DNA of 64,000 nucleotides. Origin: Narcine bancroftii (lineage: Eukaryota). Each line of letters starts with the position of its first letter. The stretch's first letter is position 1. The position numbers were made by a program, and so were the translations under genes. The notes beneath the pieces were generated by a model. The model was not told the DNA's origin, did no database searches, and worked only from the letters and a program-made list of their open reading frames with translations. Shown here piece by piece: positions 41,223 to 50,158 of the stretch. The stretch lies in the NCBI RefSeq assembly GCF_036971445.1, contig NC_091471.1:361398001-361462000 (forward strand), read 5' to 3'.

Positions 41223-42098
41223 TAAAGTAAGAGCAGATCTGCATACATTGTATAAAGTGCTGTAGTGGTATGTGTTAATTAAATGGACAATTATATTAGT
41301 GTGCTTTATGTAGCTGGGAAGCTCCAATAAGTCAGACATTCATTGTAGAGAAATGTGAACAAACTGTGCAATACAGAGAGGTAAAAAAAAAATCAATTTA
41401 GTGCAAAAGTAAGACTCCTTAAATAAAGTCCCCGATTACTCTCTGACAGCAGCGTTCCCTGTAGATGTTCTCGATAGTGGGGAGCCTGTAACATCCTTTA
41501 GCAGAGCTTTAAGCTCAGGGGTACTGGTGTACCCCTAGCAGCCAGTCAGCACACTTTCCACCACTCTAAAAATTTGCCAGGTCATACCAAATCTCGTTAC
41601 TTCACTTTATTCTTAGAACCAATTAATTGGTTCACACACAATGTTAACAAATTGTGGCTTGGATGTACAGTGAATAAGTCCCTTCCACAACATTGATTTC
41701 CATTTGGAGACACAAGAGACTGTGGGCGTGTGCAATTTTAAAATGTTGTTGATGAAGAAGAAGCTGTGAACATTTAAAAGCTCATGTTTGCAATGCCAAT
41801 AAAAGAATGAAGAGGTGTGACATGAGAATGTCCTACAAGCCTCCAAATCGAACAAAAAAGGTTCAGTGGATAAAAGACAGAGAAACTAGTGGACGTTGGG
41901 GGAAGGGGGGGGGGACTTGGCATGGACAACAGCACTAACAGGAGAAGGATTCGCCCGGTATGTGCTATAGGGGCGCCTGCAGACGAGTCCCGTTTCCCTA
42001 TTCGACGTGATCGTGGCATGGCTGGGCAAACTCCAAGCGCTCACCTTGCCCCCAAAATCATTTAAAGCGTTAGTTCGCAAAAACCAATCCAAGGCTCA
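41024..42098. repeat. Left copy of the ~1.08-kb direct duplication flanking the provirus
   Basis: 41032-42098 aligns without gaps to 50175-51241 (offset 9143), with 2 substitutions seen; ends immediately before the 5' LTR TG. Confidence 0.97.
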
Positions 42099-42574
42099 TG
42101 TGATATAGAGAATTTAGGTTAAAAAGACTTAAGTTAAAATGTGATGATTAATCATAAACAGGGAAGCCAGAACGGACAGAGAGTTTACTAGCAGTCAAGG
42201 ACAGAAGGAGCTGCTGAATATGTTTTTTTAAACCTATCTTTTCATGGTCATAGTGAGAGACATGCAGGAGACAAAGGATTGATAAGAAGGGTGAGAAACA
42301 GAATTCAGTGAATGTAGAGTTCACAGCGTACGTAACGAACGTGATAATTAATAATGCAGTTATACTTAGAATGTTTTTGTAATACTAACCAATTAAAACA
42401 GTATTAATAAGAAGGGGAAGGGCAAATAATAAAGGTATAAAAATCAATGCACTGTATGTATCGGGGCTTAACTGGCGAGAAACCAGTTGAGTCCAACTCT
42501 GCAGACTTGTAAATAAAGCTTGTCGTGTCATCAGTTTTAAAGAGACTCATGTGTGAGAAGTTTTATTTCTGACA
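42099..42574 (+). repeat. 5' LTR (476 bp)
   Basis: TGTGATATAG...TTTCTGACA; CCAAT 42389, TATAAAAA 42436, AATAAA 42512; 2 mismatches vs the 3' LTR. Confidence 0.97.
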
Positions 42575-42576
42575 AA

Positions 42577-42594
42577 TGGGGGCTCGTCCGGGAT
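42577..42594 (+). promoter_or_regulatory. Primer-binding site, tRNA-Pro
   Basis: TGGGGGCTCGTCCGGGAT, the 18-nt PBS-Pro as in MLV, 2 nt after the LTR. Confidence 0.95.
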
Positions 42595-43119
42595 CTACAC
42601 TCCGGCCGTGAGGGGAGGCGAGAAGAGGGACATCGGAGGCGGTGCACCCCGCTGAGTTCAGCGGCTCCTAGTCCCTTGCTCGTCGCTTCGGGCGGCTTGA
42701 GCGAGTGGTATCCGGACAGGGTGACACGACAAGACGGAGAGGAGAAGGGTGACGGTTCAATCCCCGGGAAGACACCGGTAAGTGACGACTTACGATTGTG
42801 GTGTGGGGATTGGGTAACAGGTGTAACGGGATACACCTGTTTGGATAAAAACCTAACGGAATAGATTAAGTATAGATCTTTTGTCATTGTGTGAGGACCC
42901 TGTCGCGGGACTCTAGGATAGACCCCAGGGAAACCTCGGCGGTAACCGAAGGAGGGACAGCACCTCCGACGAAGTGCCGAGAAGAGAGGGGTCAACCCCA
43001 GGAAAACCTCAGCGGTAACCGAAGGAGGGACAGCACCTCCGACGAGGCGTCTGAGAGGAAGGGAGTAGGGTCCAGAGCGAGAGGGTCCTCAGCAACGATA
43101 AACAGATCTAGGTGGGAAA

Positions 43120-44610
43120 ATGGGAGGATCAAAATCTAAGGGCTCGTCTGAAAATTCAGGACAATTCCTGGGAGTACCCCTTGACAGCCCTTTGGGGAGA
43201 ATGTTTGAAAATTGGGATAGTAAAAGATATCGGGACAAAAACAAGAAAAAGATGGTCCAATATTGTCTCCTTTGGTCAAAACAACCTATTAAAGGTTCCT
43301 CGGTCTGGTGGCCGAAATTTGGATCTGATGAGGATTGGGTTAGACAAGCATTAAACATATATGTAAATTTGAGACCAAAGGTGAATCAAGAAGAGTCAGC
43401 ATATGCATTTTGTTGGGTTCCCTGGCCAGGATCCTTAACAGAATGTTTTAAATTGAGAGTGGCAGGAGAAAAGAAATGGGAACCTCTGGACAACCTTCCC
43501 CCTCCTTATATTCCCCCGGTGCCTACTGCGCCCGAGGAAAGCTTATTACCGGAGGGGAAAGGTGATGAATCTGATTGCCCCCAAGGGGGCCGGGATAAAA
43601 AGGATGAATTAAGGGAGTCGGACCCTAAACTTCCACCGGTAAACCGACCCTGGACAAGATCCCAGACTGGTCCAGGACCATCAAAGTTTTCAATAAACCT
43701 AAATCCCCTGAGAGAAGTTCCTATGGGAGGACCGGGAGGGGGAACGGGATATGTGAATGTTCCCCTAACTAGTACAGAGGTGCGGGGATTTAAGAAAGAA
43801 ATGAAAAAGTTATTGGAAGATCCTATAGGACTGGCTGAACAGCTTGACCAATTCTTGGGACCAAACACATATACGTGGGAAGAGATGCAGGCAATAATGG
43901 GAACATTATTTTCACCCCAGGAGAGGCAGATGATTCGACGGGCTGCCCTCCTCATGTGGGAATATGAACAACCTGGGGACCCTAGACCCCATGAACAAAA
44001 ATATCCCTTAAATGAACCCAGGTGGGACAAACGAACACCCGAGGGATTGGCAAGTATGAGACAATATAGAGAGTGGACAATTAAAGGGATACGGGAGGCT
44101 GTGCCAAAGGGTCACAATTTTACCAAGGCATTTGGGAACCACCAGGGGAAAGACGAGTCCCCTACTGATTTTTTGGAGAGGGTGAGAAAGAATGTCCAAC
44201 AGTATGCTGGTGTGGACCCTAGTACACCAATGGGTGAACAGCTTATTCGAATTGAATTTGTTTCCAAATCATGGCAAGACATTAGAAAGAAACTAGAAAA
44301 GGAGGAGGACTGGAGTGAAAAACCCCTAAGTGAACTGTTAAAAAAGGCACAAAAAGTATATGTGCAGAGAGAAGAAGAAGATCAAAAGAAGGCGACAAAG
44401 GTTATGGTACAGACTATCCGACAGATGAATGCTGAATCCAGAGGGGAAAGAAAACAAAACCTTCCTCTAAACAATCCAAAATATCCAAGAGAGGGAAGAC
44501 CCCGGAGGTTCGTTAAGTGCTATTACTGCAATGAGGAAGGACACTTTAAGAGGGAATGCCCCCGATACAAGAGGGAATTGCGTGCCCTCGAACTTATGGA
44601 AGAAGATTAG
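43120..44610 (+). CDS. gag: Retroviral Gag (496 aa, intact)
   Basis: MGGSKSK myristoylation signal, PPPY and PTAP late domains, MHR QGKDESPTDFLERVR, single CCHC knuckle CYYCNEEGHFKREC; ends in TAG in frame with pol. Confidence 0.96.
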   Translation: MGGSKSKGSSENSGQFLGVPLDSPLGRMFENWDSKRYRDKNKKKMVQYCLLWSKQPIKGSSVWWPKFGSDEDWVRQALNIYVNLRPKVNQEESAYAFCWVPWPGSLTECFKLRVAGEKKWEPLDNLPPPYIPPVPTAPEESLLPEGKGDESDCPQGGRDKKDELRESDPKLPPVNRPWTRSQTGPGPSKFSINLNPLREVPMGGPGGGTGYVNVPLTSTEVRGFKKEMKKLLEDPIGLAEQLDQFLGPNTYTWEEMQAIMGTLFSPQERQMIRRAALLMWEYEQPGDPRPHEQKYPLNEPRWDKRTPEGLASMRQYREWTIKGIREAVPKGHNFTKAFGNHQGKDESPTDFLERVRKNVQQYAGVDPSTPMGEQLIRIEFVSKSWQDIRKKLEKEEDWSEKPLSELLKKAQKVYVQREEEDQKKATKVMVQTIRQMNAESRGERKQNLPLNNPKYPREGRPRRFVKCYYCNEEGHFKRECPRYKRELRALELMEED

Positions 44611-47600
44611 GGGTGTCAGGGGTTCCAAATGTTAGGGACCAAATATAAGAGGGAACCCCTGGTAAAACTAAAAATTGGTCCCAAGGGAGAAGAGGTGGTG
44701 TTTATGGTGGACACAGGAGCGGAACGAAGTAGTGTAATAACTGTGCCAATCGGAACTGAGCCTATAAAAAGTAATTTGACAATTTCTGGGATAGAAGGGG
44801 CTCCCAGAATGGTATCAATAATTCCCCAAGTAACAGTGAAACTGGAAGAAAGAGAAGGGGTACAAGACCTCTTATTATTACCTTCGGCTGGATTTAACCT
44901 CCTAGGAAGGGACTTACAGGCTCTCCTAGGTTTGGGTGCTCTCCCTGTGGACGGAGAAGTGCGAGTCCACCTCTGCGCTTTAAAGGAAGAGGATGAACGG
45001 CAGATTGACGAGAGAGTCTGGTATAAGGAGGGAAATCGAGGAGGTCTGGACATCCCACCTTTACATGTCACATTAATACCAGGTCATCAGCCGGTAAGGA
45101 AACGTCAGTATCCTATTTCTTTGGAAGGGAGAAAAGGGCTACAGCCGGTAATTGAGACTTTAATACGAGACGGACTATTAGAAGAATGCATGTCACCTTA
45201 TAACACCCCTATACTCCCAGTAAAAAAGTCAGATGGATCCTATCGCCTAGTTCAGGATCTAAGAAGTTTGAATGCTATTGTTCAGACCCGCCACCCAGTG
45301 GTGCCTAATCCCTATACTATTATGAGTCGGATTCCCCCAGACCATGAGTGGTTTAGTGTTATCGACTTGAAGGATGCTTTCTGGACTTGTCCGTTAGAAG
45401 AGGAAAGTAGAGATATGTTTGCGTTTGAATGGGAAAATCCATGGACAAGTAGACGGAGACAGTTTCGGTGGACTGTATTGCCCCAAGGGTTCACTGAATC
45501 TCCAAACCTGTTTGGACAAATGCTAGAACAAATCCTGATGGACTATCCACAATCTGATGATTCCCAACTAATGCAGTATGTGGATGATTTACTATTATCA
45601 GGACCCAAAGAACAAGAAATGAGGAGAGAGACCATTAGACTCTTGAATTATCTGGGGAAAAAGGGTCTACGAGTGTCCAGAAACAAGTTACAGTTTGTTG
45701 AGAAAACTGTGATATATCTGGGACACCAGATAAGTAAAGGACAGAAACGGATTACCCCTGAACGAATTGCGGGAATCACTAGAATGCCTTTACCCCGTAA
45801 TAAGAAGGAAATAAGACAATTCCTGGGACTCTTAGGATACTGTAGGTTATGGATAGAGGACTACTCAGCTTTGGTGAAGTTTATGTATGATAAACTGACA
45901 AATGAAAATGACTATCCATTGAAATGGACCCAGGAGGAGGAAGGATGGTTCGAGGACTTGAAACATCGCCTAACACGAGCCCCAGTGCTCACTCTGCCCT
46001 CTTTAAAACAGCCCTTCCAGCTATTTGTCACTCATAACCAAGGAACAGCTGTGGGAGTTTTAACACAGGAAAAAGACGGTCAGCGACACCCAGTAGCTTT
46101 CCTTTCCAAAATGATGGACCCAGTGTCTCGCGGATGGCCGACGTGTATCCAGGGAGTAGCGGCTGCTGCTCTGTTGGTAGAGGAAGCACGTAAACTTACT
46201 TTTGGAGGAAAGATGACTGTGTACACCTCCCATTCTGTGAGTGTTTTATTAACACAAACTGCCCATCGATGGCTGACTGATTCTCGCATATTAAAGTATG
46301 AAACCATTTTAATGGTTGGAGAAGATTTACAGTTTGCAAAAATTAATAGCTGCAATCCAGCTCAATTTTTATACGGCAGTGAAACAGAGAAAGAGGTGGA
46401 GCATGACTGTGTCGAGTTGACAGATCTTCAGACCAAGACCCGAGAAGACCTTTGCGATACTCCGCTGGGAGAAGGATATGAATTCTACATTGACGGCTCC
46501 GCCAGATGTGTTGACGGAATGAGAAGAAATGGGTATGCTATAATAGAAGGAAATACTTGGAAAGTAGTAGAATCCACGAGACTACCCGGAAGCTGGTCAG
46601 CACAATCCTGTGAACTATATGCCTTGCAGAGAGCCCTCAGAATACTGGCAAAGAAAATTGGAACAATTTACACAGATTCCAAATACGCATACGGGGTAGT
46701 GCATACCTTTGGTAAGATCTGGAAGGAGCGTGGTCTAATTACATCAAGAGGAAAGGAATTGGCACACGAACAGATGATTACTCTGACTCTAGAAGCCTTA
46801 ACATTACCCCAAGAAATAGCAGTGGTCTACATACCAAGCCATCAAAGGGGAGATAACCCAACAGCAATTGGAAACAGACTGGCTGATGAAGAAGCCAAAA
46901 GAGCAGCCATGCAACAAGAAGTCCGTTTGCTGACTTTAATCCCAATAAGGCAAGGCATAAAGACAGCTCCCATTTTCACTGCTAAGGAAGAAAAGAACAT
47001 GGATCAGCTGGGCGCAAGCCAGTTACCTGATGGAACATGGAAAACACCAGATGGAAGAACTGTTCTAAATAAAGAAATAACTCGCAATATTTTAAAACAC
47101 CTGCATCAACAGAGCCACTGGGGCACCCAAGCCTTATGTGACACAGTGCTTCGAGATTATGTGTGTAAGGGAATCTACACCTTGGCCCAACAAGAGGTAC
47201 AAAATTGTTACCTATGCACAAAAATTAATAAGAAGATAATGAGGACAGGGACCATGGGAGGTCAACCATTAGCCATACGCCCTTTTCAACGTATCCAGAT
47301 CGACTTCACAGAGTTACCTCAAGTTCAAAGATGGAAATATCTGTTGGTGATAATAGATCACTTTACCCGATGGGTAGAAGCCTTCCCAACAATAAATACT
47401 ACAGCCTCTACAGTAGCTCGCCTCCTCCTAGAGCAGATAATCCCCAGATATGGTATAATGGATTCTATAGACTCAGACAGGGGTCCACATTTTTCTTCAA
47501 AAATCCAGCAATTGATTTGTGATGCATTACAGGTCTCTTGGAAATTACATACCCCTTGGCATCCACAAAGCTCAGGGAAGGTCGAACGTATGAATGGAAC

Positions 47601-47715
47601 ACTAAAAATCCAATTGACAAAGTTAATGGTGGAAACTAAAATGCCTTGGATAAAGTGTCTGCCCCTAGCCTTATTAAGAATTCGTACGAAAAGATGTAGG
47701 GCTGTCCCCTTATGA
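44611..47715 (+). CDS. pol: Retroviral Pro-Pol (protease, RT, RNase H, integrase N-terminus and core), expressed by gag UAG readthrough; frameshifted near 47690
   Basis: DTGAERS; VIDLKDAFW, LPQGFTESP, QYVDDLLL; YIDGS/YTDSKYA; HHCC (HQQSHWG..CYLC), IDFT..DSDRG..SSGKVERMN. Same frame as gag. Confidence 0.96.
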   Translation, partial: GCQGFQMLGTKYKREPLVKLKIGPKGEEVVFMVDTGAERSSVITVPIGTEPIKSNLTISGIEGAPRMVSIIPQVTVKLEEREGVQDLLLLPSAGFNLLGRDLQALLGLGALPVDGEVRVHLCALKEEDERQIDERVWYKEGNRGGLDIPPLHVTLIPGHQPVRKRQYPISLEGRKGLQPVIETLIRDGLLEECMSPYNTPILPVKKSDGSYRLVQDLRSLNAIVQTRHPVVPNPYTIMSRIPPDHEWFSVIDLKDAFWTCPLEEESRDMFAFEWENPWTSRRRQFRWTVLPQGFTESPNLFGQMLEQILMDYPQSDDSQLMQYVDDLLLSGPKEQEMRRETIRLLNYLGKKGLRVSRNKLQFVEKTVIYLGHQISKGQKRITPERIAGITRMPLPRNKKEIRQFLGLLGYCRLWIEDYSALVKFMYDKLTNENDYPLKWTQEEEGWFEDLKHRLTRAPVLTLPSLKQPFQLFVTHNQGTAVGVLTQEKDGQRHPVAFLSKMMDPVSRGWPTCIQGVAAAALLVEEARKLTFGGKMTVYTSHSVSVLLTQTAHRWLTDSRILKYETILMVGEDLQFAKINSCNPAQFLYGSETEKEVEHDCVELTDLQTKTREDLCDTPLGEGYEFYIDGSARCVDGMRRNGYAIIEGNTWKVVESTRLPGSWSAQSCELYALQRALRILAKKIGTIYTDSKYAYGVVHTFGKIWKERGLITSRGKELAHEQMITLTLEALTLPQEIAVVYIPSHQRGDNPTAIGNRLADEEAKRAAMQQEVRLLTLIPIRQGIKTAPIFTAKEEKNMDQLGASQLPDGTWKTPDGRTVLNKEITRNILKHLHQQSHWGTQALCDTVLRDYVCKGIYTLAQQEVQNCYLCTKINKKIMRTGTMGGQPLAIRPFQRIQIDFTELPQVQRWKYLLVIIDHFTRWVEAFPTINTTASTVARLLLEQIIPRYGIMDSIDSDRGPHFSSKIQQLICDALQVSWKLHTPWHPQSSGKVERMNGTLKIQLTKLMVETKMPWIKCLPLALLRIRTKRCRAVPL

Positions 47716-48130
47716 AATGATGTTTGGGCTTCCCTTCTGGAGTACAGTTGAGGGGTGTCCCACCTTGGGGGAAGGGGATATATTTGTTAGGAACTATTTA
47801 CAGGCACTGTCACGCTCTCTTACAGATTTACGAAAGAGAGGACTATTGGCACAAACACCGCCTCTAGACTTTTCTTTACACAAAGTGGAACCAGGAGACT
47901 GGATTCTTATCAAAACCTGGAAGACTGAAAAACTCCAGCCCCAGTGGGAAGGTCCATACCAAGTTCTCTTAACTACAGAAGCTGCAGCACGAACAAGAGA
48001 GAAGGGGTGGACACACGCATCCAGATTTAAGGGACCTGTAGAGGTGCCACAGGACCCTGATACGAACTCAGATTGGACTTGTATTCCTGGAGAAAAACCT
48101 CTTACCTTACGATTTCGCAAAAAGACTTAA
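47690..48130 (+). pseudogene. Integrase C-terminal region, out of frame with pol
   Basis: The shifted frame reads KDVGLSPYEMMFG..LQPQWEGPYQVLLTTEAAARTREKGWTHASRFK, the expected continuation after LALLRIRT. Confidence 0.9.
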
Positions 48131-48136
48131 TTCACA

Positions 48137-49600
48137 ATGTTATTGTTATGTTCTTTGATTTTTCTTAGTTTGCCTATGTCTTTATCAGGTGTGAAATGTA
48201 AGAAATGCAGAGATACAGTGGTCCTGTTTCAGGACCACATTTGGGGAAGAAAGGAAGGTAATTTCATTTCCCATACCTCAGTTCCTGAGAAATGCTGGGC
48301 AGAAAATACCACCCAACATCCATATACCCCTTGTGTGGAAAAAGAAGGAAATAATATGGGTCATTATATACAGATTCCTAATACCACTCCTTTCCCTCTT
48401 AACGGTTGGAAAGGTGACTCAAGCCCACCATGCCCTGATGGACTCTGGTTTTGCATACACCAACGTACTGTTCCAATGAGAAGTTACACTCCACACTCGA
48501 AATTGCCTGTCCCTTTAAGACAGCCGGACTTAGTTCGAGTCCATCCAAATAACCATGTAAGTTTCGGTAATGCAATTGGGGGAGAAAACCTTTTTGTAGA
48601 TCTGGCAACTAAAATTGCAGGAACTTTTAATGTAACCAATTGTTGGGTCTGCGGGGGTCCACGGATGTCAGAACAATGGCCTTGGTGGGGAGAACCTCTC
48701 AATTCATTGACCATGATTTCCCGCATTTGGACAACTAACCGAACGAGATCAAGAGAAACCTGGTCTCTCTCTAACGTCCCCTCTGGTTTTTATTGTCTCT
48801 CACGAGCCGGCAAATACCCAGTAGGAGAAAGTCCCTGCAAGGCTGTATGGATTTGCATTTCACCTGGTGTTTTCACTTGGTTTCCTAAACCTCAGACTTG
48901 GTTCTTATCTACTGTTTTTAAAACTAATTGCCTACCCCTGTCTAATAGCAGTATTCAGTTTTGGAATTGTACCACTTCCACCATCACAGGACCATACCAA
49001 TCAAATCCTGTTCTTAAAAGAGTTTGGGAAAGGGGGTATGGGTATGGAGCCGCTACATGGGCTCAAGATGGATCTTGGGGTTATCGTACTCCTATATATA
49101 TGTTAAATCGTATAATTCGCTTACAAGCAGTGCTTGAAATTGTTACAAATCAAACAGCTATAGCCCTGCAATTACTTGCATCCCAGCAAGGTCAAATGCG
49201 CTCTGCTATATATCAGAACCGTCTAGCCCTAGACTATCTCCTAGCCACGGAAGGAGGTGTATGTGGTAAACTTAATTTGACTAACTGCTGCTTACAGATT
49301 GATGATAATGGAAAAGCCGTTCGTAAAATCGCTGATAATATTCGTACATTGTCCCATGTACCGGTTCAAACCTGGCATCCTTTCCCACAATTTAATTGGA
49401 TGGACAAATGGTTTGGAGGAACCTGGTGGCGTACCTTCTTGTGGGTCATCGGAGGTATTTTATTCCTCCTACTTATTTTGCCCTGTATTATTCCTTGTCT
49501 ACGCAGCCTAGTGATTTCCATGGTCAAACAAGCTATGCAACCAGGGGGGATGGGAGACCCTGTAAGACTTTTATTTCAGCGTGAGATTAATGTATCATAA
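48137..49600 (+). CDS. env: Retroviral Env (487 aa, open; ERV3/HERV-E-like TM; apparent in-frame deletion of the SU/TM junction)
   Basis: Signal peptide, CWVC isomerase motif, YG.ATWAQDGSWGYRTPIYMLNRIIRLQAVLEI, ISD YQNRLALDYLLATEGGVC, CGKLNLTNCC, hydrophobic anchor; no R-X-K/R-R site. Confidence 0.93.
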   Translation: MLLLCSLIFLSLPMSLSGVKCKKCRDTVVLFQDHIWGRKEGNFISHTSVPEKCWAENTTQHPYTPCVEKEGNNMGHYIQIPNTTPFPLNGWKGDSSPPCPDGLWFCIHQRTVPMRSYTPHSKLPVPLRQPDLVRVHPNNHVSFGNAIGGENLFVDLATKIAGTFNVTNCWVCGGPRMSEQWPWWGEPLNSLTMISRIWTTNRTRSRETWSLSNVPSGFYCLSRAGKYPVGESPCKAVWICISPGVFTWFPKPQTWFLSTVFKTNCLPLSNSSIQFWNCTTSTITGPYQSNPVLKRVWERGYGYGAATWAQDGSWGYRTPIYMLNRIIRLQAVLEIVTNQTAIALQLLASQQGQMRSAIYQNRLALDYLLATEGGVCGKLNLTNCCLQIDDNGKAVRKIADNIRTLSHVPVQTWHPFPQFNWMDKWFGGTWWRTFLWVIGGILFLLLILPCIIPCLRSLVISMVKQAMQPGGMGDPVRLLFQREINVS

Positions 49601-49662
49601 AACATTTCTCTTCCCTAGCTTAGAATCCCCATTAATATCTATACATATATTCAACACATTTT

Positions 49663-49681
49663 AAAGAGAGAAAGGGGTGGA
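49663..49681 (+). promoter_or_regulatory. Polypurine tract
   Basis: AAAGAGAGAAAGGGGTGGA just before the 3' LTR. Confidence 0.9.
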
Positions 49682-49682
49682 T

Positions 49683-50158
49683 TGTGATATAGAGAATTTA
49701 GGTTAAAAAGACTTAAGTTAAAATGTGATGATTAATCATAAACAGGGAAGCCAGAACGGACAGAGAGTTTACTAGCAGTCAAGGACAGAAGGAGCTGCTG
49801 AATATGTTTTTTTAAACCTATCTTTTCATGGTCATAGTGAGAGACATGCAGGAGACAAAGGATTGATAAGAAGTGTGAGAAACAGAATTCAGTGAATGTA
49901 GAGTTCACAGCGTACGTAACGAACGTGATCATTAATAATGCAGTTATACTTAGAATGTTTTTGTAATACTAACCAATTAAAACAGTATTAATAAGAAGGG
50001 GAAGGGCAAATAATAAAGGTATAAAAATCAATGCACTGTATGTATCGGGGCTTAACTGGCGAGAAACCAGTTGAGTCCAACTCTGCAGACTTGTAAATAA
50101 AGCTTGTCGTGTCATCAGTTTTAAAGAGACTCATGTGTGAGAAGTTTTATTTCTGACA
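49683..50158 (+). repeat. 3' LTR (476 bp)
   Basis: Identical to the 5' LTR except AAGGGTGAG/AAGTGTGAG and GATAATTA/GATCATTA. Confidence 0.97.

Larger units (their letters stand above)
42099..50158 (+). mobile_element. Full-length class I (gamma-like) endogenous retrovirus, 8060 bp
   Basis: LTR-PBS-gag-pro-pol-env-PPT-LTR order; TG...CA termini on both LTRs. Confidence 0.98.

Noticed and set aside
42553-43139. Glyco-Gag or accessory ORFs in the viral leader
   Set aside because: An in-frame TAA at 43099-43101 blocks any N-terminal Gag extension; the other leader ORFs have non-ATG starts and no recognisable motifs.
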